Shown piece by piece: positions 22,573 through 34,559 of a stretch of 64,000 nt of DNA. Where the stretch lies: the NCBI GenBank assembly GCA_008632985.1, contig QPGO01000069.1, positions 1-64,000 on the forward strand, written 5' to 3'. The DNA is from Psammoneis japonica. Its lineage: Eukaryota. The stretch's first letter is position 1. Each line of letters opens with the position of its first letter. Below the pieces are notes generated by a model. The model was given only the letters and a program-made list of their open reading frames with translations. It made no database searches and had not been told where the DNA came from. Both the position numbers and the translations under genes were made by a program.

Positions 22573-25500
22573 CGAGCGAAATCCGATGTATCGAGCATTG
22601 GATTGGGATACCAATGCTGCGCTGCTATGTTGAAGTGGCGCGCGGGACTGTGACGTGGTGTCGGTGGGAAAGATGATGACCATGACCATCGATCGGTCTC
22701 ACTTGTTGCAATCGTTGCAGTGGTGACAGGCCTGGAAGCATCTTGTTGGTTGCATTCACATTGTCGTGCTAAAACTGTGAGTGGCTGAGCCTGTCTGGCA
22801 ACTGGATTTGCTCACTTTGTCAGAGCCAAGTCTCAACTCACGCTTGGTTTGACAAAAAGTGACGAGCAACTGAAAAGAAACGATTGCACCATCATGGCAT
22901 GGTCATGACGACGAATGCCGGACGATCGATGGGCATGCAATGATTGTCATCACCCAGCATCAGTGCATGCATGAGCAGTGAGGAGACATGGCCAGTCTCT
23001 CCATGCTTCCAATGGCTGTGTGTTGTCGTCAGCACAAAAAGAGAAATGTGATCGTCTTGTGTGTTTTCTCACATGACTCTGTTTTCCCACTGGCATGGGT
23101 GCCACTGTGGTGGCTGCTCTTCCTGATCTGATTGAGACAGCTCTTGATTGGATTGGATTTGTTGACCAGGCTCACAACGAGCTTCGCTTGTGGTGGATTT
23201 CGTGTCGTTTGACGATTTAGAAGACCTTGAGGAAGACGATGTCGACTCTCTTGCTTCGTCACATGCAAGGAGGACGGTTGCTGAAGGGCGCATTCATTTT
23301 GGTTTGGCCCGCAGTCATTGACTCAAAGCTTTCATCCATTGGGTTCAAGATTTTGGCCGCACAAGCGAGAACCCTGCTCTTGATGGGCTCGACCAAGCGA
23401 CACCCCGCACTGAACTCCAGACGGCACTTGGTCGCGCTGAGATTCACTCTCAGACTGAGGACACGGCAGACTCTCTTGGTGAGGAGGCATCACCTGGGAT
23501 GTCAGAGAGTGAGAAAGGTTGGGCAAAGTGGTGCACTGGCTTGACAAACATGTCAGGCATTGTGCTGGGAGAGTGTCCGGCATGCCACCAGTGCATTGCA
23601 TCCATCTGAACGATGCACCAGAGCCCAATGGTCACAACACCTTTGTCCAGAAGTGCATTGCATGTGCACCTCTCAATGGCCCAGCTTTTGAAGTGGATGC
23701 TCACACCATTCATTTGTTGGCAGAGTCCCTTGCCATGGGGACACCAAGTGAACAGTGGTTGAAAGACTGCAAAAGCGAGCAAAATGGACGCGTGGACTGT
23801 CAGGCACCATGTGACCACTGCCAGGGAGAAGGAAATTCCTCCCATTGCATTTCTGAAGCCAAGCGCATGGAGAACACTCTCCATTGCAAGAGTGAACATG
23901 CTGTGCTGTTTGAGTTGTTTGTTGACAAACTCCAAGAAATGTTCAACATTTGTGAGGAGAACGATGAACCCAAAACGGAGGCTCAGAAACTGTGCATCCT
24001 TTTCAAGAAGACTCAGCACCAACAGCTGCAGGCTGCAGTTGAGTCCTTGAAGGCACAAAACAAGTTTGGAGGAGGCATCACATTCACCATGGTGGCTGAC
24101 CACATTGCGCATCGCCGTGCGATTGCTGCAGTTGCCTCAGGAGGAGGAAGCAAGAGTGGCACCAACTGCAATGCCGATGGATTCATTGACACTGGATGCC
24201 ACAAGAATTGGCGCCAGTTGAGCAAAGAGGACAAGCAGAAGGTCATCGACAAGCGCACGCATCTGGGAATTTCTGAGCAACCTAAGAATCTGGCAAACGC
24301 CGTGCTGCACATCTGTCAAGTTGCTCAAGAAGAAAAATTGGAAGCTGTCGTTGCAGCTTAAAGAAGCAAACCGCAAAATCTTCACTTTGAACACAGACAC
24401 CCCCACGCTGATTTGGGCAATGATTCAAAGGATGGTGGACAAGACAAGGACAATGCCGGAGACGCATTCGGTGGATGCAGTGAAAGGTGCAGCAGATGCC
24501 AGAAATGACTGCCAAGCTGGACTCTGCTCTGTGGCACATCATCAACTTTGCACTGTGGTTGCTGCACTGGGGCAGAGGACACCCACATTGATCAGTCAGA
24601 AGAGACCCAAGTTGCTGCAGTTGAAAGATTTGCAAGGCAGTTGCCTCCACTTGATGCATTTCTGCAGCTCGGTCCGACACCCGAATCCCTCATGTCTGCG
24701 ACATGAGTCAGGAGGTACAGCATGGATGTGTTGAAATGGATTTGCATGCTGACACCACTGTCTTTGGTCATGGTTTCACCCTCTTGGGTTGTTCTGGAAG
24801 AGAGTGTGATGTGTTGCCTTTCAATGAGGGATGCAATTCCATCAAGAGTGTCCCGACAGTTTCAGCAGCAACAGCGTGGACGTCACCAACATTGGGAGCA
24901 ACGTTTGTTCTGGTCTTCCACAAGGGCTTGTGGATGTCAGACTCCATGGAGCACTCATTGGTCAACCCCAACCAATTCTTGTGGCATTTCAGTGTGAAGG
25001 TCCAGGACAACCCCTGTTCCAACTTGCCATTGCACATTCTCATGGAGGACAATTCATTCATGATGTCACTCGAGGTTGTGGGGACCAATGTCGTTGCGGC
25101 AACCCGCACTCCTGCAGATCAGGAGTTGCACAAGTGCCCCAGGATCCTGATGACCTCCCAGCAACCCTGGGATCCACAGAACATCAAGTTCAATTCTGTT
25201 AGACCTCAACGCTCTGCAGAGGAGGAAATGGAATTGGTTTGGTGAGTTGCAACGGTCGACACTGTCCAGACAAATTTGACACACAAATTTAGTGCCGACC
25301 CCACTTGCAGCAACCCTCAGTCCGGGGACTGCAAAGACAGGCAATTCATCTGTGGTGTCAATCAGATACAATCAAGGTTAACAGCAGTGGTTAAAGTGGA
25401 GTCACTGCCAGAAGCCAAGGTCACTGCAACCAAAACAATTGGCAACGGACCTGAAGATTTGCCAACTCGAAAGACATTCATGTCCAAGGAGTGACACAGT

Positions 25501-28500
25501 GATGTGACAGCTGCGGACTTGAGTGAATGATGGAGTGTTGGACTCAAGCAAGCAACGAGTGCACTCAAGAAAACTGCTCAGAAGCTCTCAAGGTCGGCGC
25601 TGATGCCCATGGGTCAACGCCATCGAGCGGACTGCATGTTTGCGAAACCAAGACTGCGAGGTGAGTGGGCAACCGACACTGTTGACAGCAAGGTGACTTT
25701 GTTGGAAGGCAACCGAAATGCCCAGATCCTTGCAAACAAGCAATGCTTTGCTGCAATGAGCCCCATGGACAAGAAGAGCAAAGCAGGAGAAGCTCTAAAG
25801 ACGTTCTGCCAAGAATTTGGCATTCCGGAGAAGCTCGTCATGGATGGTTCCAAGGAACAGACGAAACTGGGCACTGAGTTCATGAAGATGGTGTGCAAGG
25901 ACGGCATTGACTGCCATGTTGTCAAACCCGATCAACACAACCAGAACCCTGCTGAAGGCATTGCACATGAAGTTCAGTGCAAGTGGTTCCGTGTCATGGT
26001 CAAGAAGTGTGCACCGTGGCAACTGTGGGGTTGCGGATTTGCATGGACCTGCAAAATCATGTCTCACACGTTCCTCAGATCACATCATTTGGATGCTGGA
26101 GCACCACTTGAAAACATTCTTGGAGAGACCGTGGACATCTTGGAGCACCTGGACTTTGGATTTTATGATTGGGTCTGGCACAGGGAGAACGTGGGTCTTG
26201 GCGATGAGAAACTTGGCACAGGTGGCTTGGCGCATCTCGTGGAATGGGGAGCCTCATGTCACATCATGCTTTGACAGAGACCGGCAGTGTCATGTTGAGG
26301 ACATCTGTTCAAGGAGTCACCAACTTAGAAGCCATCACTCAAGAGAACAAGGTTAAGTTCAACAGTTTTGACGAGGAGATCATGCGCCATCTGAGGGAGC
26401 ATGATTTCCCCGATGATGAAGAACGAAAGATCAGCCCCGAAGATTGGAAGGACCACCTTGGACATGACGAAGAATTCCTTGATGAGTGCAATTGCATCAT
26501 GTCATTGGAAGAAGCAATTAATGAGGATGATGACACGAAAGACAAGAAAGCCTCACCAGAAGAGCAACTGATTGGGTGATTGGGGTCACCTCAATGTGGA
26601 AGCAGCACTCCCAAGGGATGACAATGGCCCTGAATTTGCTCATGTTGCAAAGAGGTTAAGAGATGCCAGTGGCATTCTGAGAGGAGCAGCCAACGACAAT
26701 CCCATCCTTGACACTGGGATGCATGAGGTGGAGCACCCCGATGGGCACAGTGCTGCGCTCTCTGCCAACTCCATTGCCATCAACATGATCGCAAAGATCA
26801 ATGAAGATGGGAGCCGACATGTTCTGTTTGATGAGTCAGTTGATTGCCATGCAAATGGGGACATTTCGGAATCCACGTTCTTTGAGACTGATCAGGGTGT
26901 TCAGAAGAGGCACAAGACTGCCAAGGGATGGGAACTCCTGTTCCAATGGAAGGACAGGAGTGTGACATGGACAGACTTGAAGGACGCCAAGGAGAGCTTC
27001 CCTGTCCAAGTCACCAAGTTTTCCATCCAACACAAGATCTCAGAGGAGGCAGCATTTGCTTGGTGGGTCCCTCATGTCATGAGGACCCACAAGCATTCCA
27101 TTGCAAAGGTCAAGTCGAAACATTGGCCAAGGACACACAAGTTTGGTGTCCGAATTCCCAAGAGCATCAAGGAGGTGATCCAGCTAGATTGCGTGAATGA
27201 CAACACCCTTTGGTGGGATGCCATTTGCATGGAGATGAAGAATGCATGCATTGCATTTGAGAAATGCAAGGGGGGGCTAGAAGACATGGCGCCTGGCTGT
27301 CAGGAAGTAAAATGCCATGTGATTTTCTACATCAAGATGGGAGAAAATTTTTGTGGCAAAGCTCGCATGGTGGCTGGAGGCCACACTGCTGAAGCCCCTG
27401 CAACTCTCACCTGCTCCTCTGTCATCTCGCAGGATTTGGCAAGAATTGCACTTGCACTTGCAGTGCTCAGCCAACAACTTGAAAGTTTTTGCATGTGACA
27501 TCCAGAACGCCCACCTTGCTGCCCCTTGCAGGGAGAAGATTTGGACCCGTGCAGGCTCAGAATTTGGTGAAGATGAAGGATGCATCATGATTGCAGTCAG
27601 AGCTCTCTGTAAATTAAAGAGCTCGGGAGTGGCATTTGGGGCATTTCTGGTGGAGACGCTGTGTGATCTGGGGCACAAACTGAGCAAGGCCGATCCGGAC
27701 GTGTGGATGCAACCTGCAGTGAAACCCGATGGATTCGAGCACTGCGAGTGCGTTTTGGTTTATGTTGACAACGTGTTGTCAATCAGTCACAAGCCAATGA
27801 AGATGATGGATGGCATCAGGTCCAAGTTCAAGCTCAAGGGTGACAAGGCAGCCAAGCCTGATTCTCACCTCAGAGCTGCGCTTTCCAAGAGGACTCTGGC
27901 CGATGGAACCACCTGTTGGTCGATGTCTGCGGAGAAGTGCTGAAAGGCTGCTGTTCAGAATGTTGAGGACAAACTCAACAAAAAAGGAAGACATCCACCC
28001 AATGAGGTGACCACTCCACTGGGCTGTGGACACAAGCCCAAGCTGGACATGACTGGTGAATTAGATGCCAAAGGACTGCACTGCTGCCAAGAGTTGATTG
28101 GGCGTGTTGGTTTGGGCGGTGGAACTTGGCAGAGTCGACATCCATTTGGAAGTGTCATCAACATCTGCCCACCTTGCATTGCCTTGCATTGGTCATCTGG
28201 AACAGGTGCTGCATGTCTTTGCGCATCTTAAACAGGTTCCAAAGTGCCAAGTGGCTTTTACCCGGCTCATCCCAAGATTGTTGAATCTTGATTCGTGAAG
28301 TGTGGTTGGCACGACTCTTGCCAAGACGCCAAGAAAGCCATCCCAACAAATGCACCGCCCACTCAAGGCAATGCAATGTCAACACATTGTTTTGTGGATT
28401 CTCATCATGCTGGCAATGTTGCCGATCACTGCAGTCACACAGGCATCTTGACGTTTGTCAATTGGGCACCCGTCATGTGGTGCTCGAAACGTCAGAATGC

Positions 28501-29225
28501 TGTGGAGGCGAGTGCATTTGGAGCCAAGATCGTCAACTCAAGAATGCTGTCAAGCTCATTGAAGGACTACGATGCAAGCTTTGAATGTTTGGGGTGCCAA
28601 TTGAGGGATCAATGAATGTCTTTTGCAACAACAAAGCCGCCCACAAGAGTTGCTCTGTTCCTGAGTCTGCACTCAAGAAGAAGCATCATTCCATTGCGCA
28701 CCACCACAACCGGGAAGCTGTCACTGCAGGGACTGTCAGGATTGCAAAGGAGGGAACAGAAACAAATCTGAGTGATCTGTTCACAAAGACCATGTCGTCG
28801 GTCAGGCGAAATTTTCTGTTGGACAAGTTCGCGCATTGAGTGGAGGAGCAGAGGTGGAGGAGCGGTGGTGATTTTCTTCCCTGGCGAGGGTTTGCACCAT
28901 GCTCAAGGATCATGTTTATTTAATTTAGTGTTGGAGATTGCAATTTGGCACTGGGTTGAATTGCATCTAGTGAGCTTGCTGGGAACATTTCGAGGGAACG
29001 AGTGAAATCCGATGTGTCGAGGATCGGACGCTGCGCTGCACAAGTTGAAGTGGCGGGACTGTGAGGTGGTGTCGGTGGGAAGATGACCATGACCATCGAT
29101 CGGTCTCACTTGTTGCAATCGTTGTAGTGGTAACAGGCCTAGACGCATCTTGTTGGTTGCATGTATTCACATTATCGTACTAAGACTGTGAGTGGCTGAG
29201 CCCACATGGCAGCTAGATTTACTCG
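22573..29225 (+). mobile_element. Ty1/copia (CoDi-like) LTR retrotransposon 2, heavily hypermutated; LTRs 22573-22814 and 28999-29225
   Basis: Diverged direct-repeat LTRs. AGTG duplicated at 22569-22572 and 29226-29229. Empty site present in copy A at ~19380-19405. PR: EMDLHADT. IN: EFGIPEKLVMDGSKEQ, NQNPAEG. RT: KARMVAGGH, CDIQNAHL, VYVDN. RH: FVDSHHAG, WCSKRQN, NLSDLFTK. PBS-like TGTCAGAGCC at 22818. PPT GAGGGAA at ~28992-28998. Confidence 0.93.
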
Positions 29226-29364
29226 AGTGTAACGGACGATGGGAGGACCATGGAGCCCGCGCCAAAAATCACGGGTAGCGCGTAGCGCGGCGAAGCAGAA
29301 GCGGCGCTGAGCGCTGACATTCGCCCACTCTGAACTCGAGCACCGGTATCGGTATGCCGCAACC

Positions 29365-30663
29365 ATGGCGGATGTCATAGACGATGCGAGCCCCCCATAT
29401 GGTGTTGTACTACCTCCGACGGCAGAACGTTGTTTGCTTCGTCGACTTCCAAAGGAGGTTTCACGAAGGATCGTATCGTACGGCGACGTTGAATCGAACG
29501 TGCGACTTGCGGCGTGTTCGTCAGGGCTAAGACGCTTTGTGTACCGAGACTGCCCCAGTGCATGGGCCGAGATTGATTTTGAGAGTGTACCGAATGCGAG
29601 TAACATCACTGATGCTGATCTCTTTACCTTGCTCAAGAACGTCGACGCTCACAAGGTGACGAGATCCCTCTCCCTGATGGGCTGCACCTCGGTTCGAGGC
29701 GGCGGACTGTCTGCGCTGATGTACTCGCGTCGCCTGGAAGAGATTGAACTCCGACGAAGCAGCGAGGAGATGGGGAGGTATGGCCAAACAGGCCTTCAAA
29801 ACCCCGTTGTAATTGGGGTGCTAAACTCGATGCCTCCAATCAACACCAACATCACGGCTTATCCGGGTGTCCCTGTTGGACTGAAAGAAGTCAAGTTTCG
29901 AAAGCAGCGCGCAAACGCGAATTTTTTTTCTTCGTTTGGTTACCCGATTGATGAGTTCTATGTAAGGCTTCAAAGCGCCACTGCAGAGGCCATGAGAAAG
30001 CAGCAAACTACCTGTAATTGGTGTCAAGAAGCAATCGTAGATACCATTGCCGAAGACGACTTTGGGTGGAAGGGACCGTTGTCTTATTGCAGTGATTGCA
30101 AGGCGTTTACTTGCGACTTTTGCAGTGAAGGGATTTCTGAATGCCGTGCATGCATTGGTCAATACTGCAGTGAATGCAGATCTGTAACTTATTGTGACGA
30201 TTGCGACCAACCATTTTGCGAAAAGTGCAAGGAATCGTTCTATTGTGAATTCTGTGATAAGGCATTTTGTGAAGAATGTCGAGATGCCACGTTGTGTGAC
30301 ATCTGTGAGAGTGCCTCTTGTCATTCGTGTCGTGGTGTCCTCAGCTGCCGGGCTTGCGGTCGGTCGTACTGCAAAGAGTGCATGCCTGCTGTGGAATTTT
30401 GCGACGAATGCAAGGAGATCTATTGCATCTTATGCAGCCCTGCGGTGGAATGCGATCGCTGTGGATTCTCTTCTTGTAAGTTCTGCTCTGCGGTGATGAG
30501 ACAGATTTCAAAGGATTGCAAAGGATCGTGCACTAATTGTCAACGTGTGTGCAAATGCCTCGGATGCACGCTTGGTCGGGCCAAGCAGCAACTCATTACC
30601 AAGTACTTTGTGCCTTTGAAGGAGAGCGGCAGCCCCGAAAGAAAGCGACCTCGTCTTGTTTAG
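29365..30663 (+). CDS. F-box-like / CxxC-repeat protein, paralog B
   Basis: Intact 432-aa ORF, paralog of 19531-20832. Confidence 0.7.
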   Translation: MADVIDDASPPYGVVLPPTAERCLLRRLPKEVSRRIVSYGDVESNVRLAACSSGLRRFVYRDCPSAWAEIDFESVPNASNITDADLFTLLKNVDAHKVTRSLSLMGCTSVRGGGLSALMYSRRLEEIELRRSSEEMGRYGQTGLQNPVVIGVLNSMPPINTNITAYPGVPVGLKEVKFRKQRANANFFSSFGYPIDEFYVRLQSATAEAMRKQQTTCNWCQEAIVDTIAEDDFGWKGPLSYCSDCKAFTCDFCSEGISECRACIGQYCSECRSVTYCDDCDQPFCEKCKESFYCEFCDKAFCEECRDATLCDICESASCHSCRGVLSCRACGRSYCKECMPAVEFCDECKEIYCILCSPAVECDRCGFSSCKFCSAVMRQISKDCKGSCTNCQRVCKCLGCTLGRAKQQLITKYFVPLKESGSPERKRPRLV

Positions 30664-31103
30664 GTTGGTCATTGCTGCGTACGGTATTGCGACCGTGGCT
30701 ATGACCTGGCAAATGGTTCACGGGCACGATTTGTTTCTTAGTCAAAATGAACGGTATATTGGGAAAATGCGCTAAGACGACCCAGAGTTGCCTCGGGTTC
30801 GATCTAAGGCACATAAACGGATGAACCTTCTCTAGAGTGCGAAAGGGTCTGGAGTAAAGAGGACATAACTAGTACCATAAAGATATTCACTCTTCAAGCT
30901 GACATGTTCTAAGGATACAACGTAATTTTGCTTTCTCTATCACTTATCACTACCCCTTTTTCTTAGTTTCCGAGATGGCTACGATCGCTTCAAGCTACAA
31001 AGATGTGAGTCGGTGACATCATAAGGGCAACAACATTGCGTCGAAAGCGACCAATCAATCGGCTGGAGCCGTACAAGCGCATCTATAATACTTGAAACTC
31101 CTC

Positions 31104-32105
31104 CTACATAAACTTTGCTTGGCTAAAATCCATTTCAGGGTGCTGCTTCTTGAACTTCTCAAACGCATCAAGCTTGTCCTGTTCCTCACTCGTAGGCAAT
31201 CCCATTGCTTTTTGGCGCTGATCATACATCATCTTTTCTACGGTCTGTTGTGTTTCACCGTCCAGATCGGATAGACTGGATGACTCTGGCTGAATCGTCT
31301 TGACATCAATCTTGGCATCCCCCTCGACTACACAATCCCACCATTCCATTTGATCAAGCTTTTGCAAATTAATCACCAACGCATTACCGTCCTCGATAGT
31401 CCAAAAGGAATCATCGACAATGACGCTTTTGCAGAGCGGAGCGTTGACAATGAATTCCTTTGCAGCCTTGAGACCAACCTTGAGATGCTTTTTGTGGATG
31501 ACTACATTCAAGTCCCGTGCACGAGAGCCTTGTGGTAGAGGAACGTTGACATTGACTTCAGCCAAGGTTTGTGTCCAGACATACTTGCCCTCGACTGTAC
31601 CACCGTTTCCTACCGGCGGCGGTGCCTTCGTCTCGTCGTTGTCGTCGTTTTGTTGTGTGGACGTAGCGGCCGCTTCTGTAGTTTGCGGAGGTGTCTTTTT
31701 AGGTTCTTCAATCTTTTTCGTATCATTTTTAGGTTGAGCAGGAAGGGTCGGTGTCTTGGCTGGAGATACATCAAAGCCACCGTCGTTTCCAATCTCGACC
31801 ACATCTTCAGACTTTTCTTTCTCTTCCGTCTTTTTCTTTTTCTTCTTTGATGCTGCCGCTTTTTTATTCTTGGCCTCTTGTTCCTTTTCATATAGCTTCA
31901 AGTGCTTGTCCAAGACCTTTTGCACGGTTTGAACCGCCATTTCCGTTCCTCCCTTGCCTTCCGGACCTGCAAAGAAATCGGTCTTGCGTCTCAGAAACGA
32001 GAATACACTGTCTAGCAGCGGTTCAATCCCTCGAGTGGTTTGAGCCACATTCAGATACAGTCCGTCGAATCGATCATCATCCATAAAAGCTTGGCTGGAC
32101 GACAT
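31104..32105 (-). CDS. NUDC: Nuclear migration protein NudC (N-terminal NudC domain, CS/p23 domain, C-terminal domain)
   Basis: DDRFDGLYLNVAQ...FSFLRRKTDFF; YVWTQTL; WWDCVVEGD; LSDLDGETQQTVEKMMYDQRQK; HPEMDFSQAK. Confidence 0.93.
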   Translation of the reverse strand: MSSSQAFMDDDRFDGLYLNVAQTTRGIEPLLDSVFSFLRRKTDFFAGPEGKGGTEMAVQTVQKVLDKHLKLYEKEQEAKNKKAAASKKKKKKTEEKEKSEDVVEIGNDGGFDVSPAKTPTLPAQPKNDTKKIEEPKKTPPQTTEAAATSTQQNDDNDETKAPPPVGNGGTVEGKYVWTQTLAEVNVNVPLPQGSRARDLNVVIHKKHLKVGLKAAKEFIVNAPLCKSVIVDDSFWTIEDGNALVINLQKLDQMEWWDCVVEGDAKIDVKTIQPESSSLSDLDGETQQTVEKMMYDQRQKAMGLPTSEEQDKLDAFEKFKKQHPEMDFSQAKFM

Positions 32106-32275
32106 GGTGACTATCTGTTCGCCGGAGTGGTACGGCTTTCTCGATTCAATCGGACGGTTGTCATTGTGAGCAAAATCAAAATCCAGCGCTCAGCGTCCAG
32201 CGGCGGAAGATCGCGTTTCCCGCGCAAAATCAACGGAACGTGAAAAGCCAGATTCCAATATTTGAGATTCTATAA

Positions 32276-32449
32276 TGACGTCATCCTTGCACATACATGA
32301 CGTCGGCATTCGATGACGACACATACCAATTCGAATTGTGTAGATTCTACACGAATTTGAAATTTTGAGGCCATGAACACGTCAGCGTTCGTCGTTGCTT
32401 CGTCGTTGCGCAAATCTTTCTCCGTTTTTGAACGGGCTCTCGTACGTCA
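32276..32449. promoter_or_regulatory. Four TGACGT/ACGTCA motifs upstream of the glycolate oxidase-like gene
   Basis: TGACGTCA at 32276, TGACGT at 32298, ACGTCA at 32379 and 32444. Confidence 0.6.
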
Positions 32450-32548
32450 CGACGCGATACCAAGCATTCCATTGCGATTGCTGAGTATCAAAGCTCTTCA
32501 CAAGTTTGTGTTGGGAACAGAAAAGACTTGGATAGGGCATTAGCGGCG

Positions 32549-34134
32549 ATGGTTATTAATCCGCATAAGCTTGGGGTTCACAAGATCCTGAAACACATTC
32601 CTCTGAATGCTGTTTTCGATGCTCCTGCCAAGAGACGCCTTGCCAAGGCGGTGAACATTGCCGATCTTCGGCTATGCGCCAAAGCTCGTGCCCATAAGGT
32701 TAGTTCAGATGGCATTGATGGCAGCGAGATCGCAAAGTAGGCTGATGCTTTAGTTCGTCGAGAAATAATGTGCGGAGAAGCTTGACAAGTACGGTCGATT
32801 GAGAAAAAATGAGGTGTGATGCGGTCTGCCGTGTGTCATTGCATCATCCGAGTCACAGAGTTTTTTGACATGTTGTGCTGCAGATCCGCGAATGCTTTCA
32901 ATAATATCTTTCCCAGCATTGAATTATTTGAAGATTTACGTGCTTATTGGTTTTGTTGTCTCTCTTTTTTCTGGTTTGAATATGGTAGATGGTCTTCGAC
33001 TACCTTGATGCGGGTGCCGATGACGAAATCAGTCTCCGTCGAGGAAAGGATGCATACTCGGAGCTCGAGATGCATTACCAGATTCTTGCAGGTATCAAAC
33101 CTCCGCTTGATCTTTCGACAAAAATCTTTGGCTGCGATGTCAAGCTGCCTTTCTTTGGATGCCCAACCGCCGGAAACCGCATGTTCCACTGGGAGGGTGA
33201 GACTGCCGCAGCCAAAGCTGCTGAGCACCACGGATCTCTGTATGGTCTCTCATCTCTTGCCACAACTGGTATCACAGAGATTGGTGAGATTTGCAAGTCA
33301 CCAAAGGTCTTCCAGCTTTACGTGTGGAAGGATCGGGAACTCGTCAAGGAGGTTCTTGCCAAGGCAAAGGAGGGTGGTTTCAACGCCCTTGCTTTGACCG
33401 TTGACTTCACTTGGTACGGAAACCGTGAAAGAGATATCCGCAACGATTTCTCCATCCCGCCCAAGTACTCTGTCAACCAAATGATTGAGGCTATCAAGAA
33501 GCCAGCATGGACCTACGATTTCCTCTCGCATGAACCCTACACCTACGCCTGTATCAACACCGATGTGCCAGCAGACTCTCTTGCTGCTTTTGTAAACAGT
33601 CAGATTGCTCCAGAGTTTGATTGGAAGGACGCTGAATGGCTCCTTGGTGAATGGAACGGCCCGTCAGCTGTCAAGGGTGTTGTTCGCCCAGATGATGCAA
33701 TCAAGTCTGTGGAGACCGGGTTCACTACCATGTGGGTTTCAAACCACGGAGCCCGGCAGCTTGAAACGTCTCCCGCCACAATTGATGTCTTGCCATCCAT
33801 TCGTGAGGCAGTCGGGCCAGATGTTGAAATCATTATGGACGGTGGTGTGCAGCGTGGTACTGATATTGCCAAGGCTCTTGCACTTGGTGCGGATGCCGTT
33901 GGTGTTGGTAAGCCATACCTTTACGGCCTTGCCGCCGGTGGTGCGGATGGTGTCATCAAGGCCCTTGAGATTCTCAAGGTTGAACTTGATCGAGCCATGG
34001 GTCTCCTTGGTACACCAACAGTGGACGATCTGAAGAAGAACGGCCACAGGCTGATCAAGAGGCGGCATGCAAGTGCTCGCGACTACCCTGATAGGTACGC
34101 GTATGAACGTGGCTACGGAGGCGGCGTGATTTAA
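32549..34134 (+). CDS. FMN-dependent alpha-hydroxy acid oxidase/dehydrogenase (glycolate oxidase-like); intron 32699-32988
   Basis: NIADLR..A/MVFDYLDAGADDE, FQLYVWKD, ALTVD, GNRERD, VSNHGARQLE, DGGVQRGTDIAKALALGA. Confidence 0.92.
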
Positions 34135-34559
34135 AAATTGTTCCAGGTCTTGTTTGCCGGAACTGCATTGCAACGAACTTCATTATACAAAAACCCTACT
34201 ACTTTATCAATTTTAGCAGCTTTTTGCACTGTCCAAACTACCCTATGCTGTTAGTGCGTTTCTCGTACACGTAGCATGTTGTTTGATCACTCATTCCTGC
34301 GGAGAGCCTGAGAAAAAGAGGTACGTTGCTAATAAACATGTACTTTCTTGTCGGCGAGGCAAATATTTCTTACTTGAATGTGTCAGAAGCTCCTGAACAT
34401 ATGGACTAGACTTGCACCGTACCGAAGTCCAAAAAGTGAGACGACCCGTGTTGAAAATTCTGCTCATCAGGTAACCTAGGTACCCTCTTTTCAACCAACA
34501 CATTGGATGGAAAGAATGCGCTAGGGTAACCGGGAATGGTGCGTTTGCGATATCGACGA

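Larger units (their letters stand above)
22196..32023. repeat. Segmental tandem duplication, copy B (interrupted by copia 22573-29225)
   Basis: Collinear with 19004-22196 once the LTR element is removed. Confidence 0.95.

Noticed and set aside
6397..28839. Alternative genetic code or codon reassignment explaining missing Tyr in TE proteins
   Set aside because: TA loss affects all frames and the non-coding LTRs, and host genes use Tyr and all stop codons normally.
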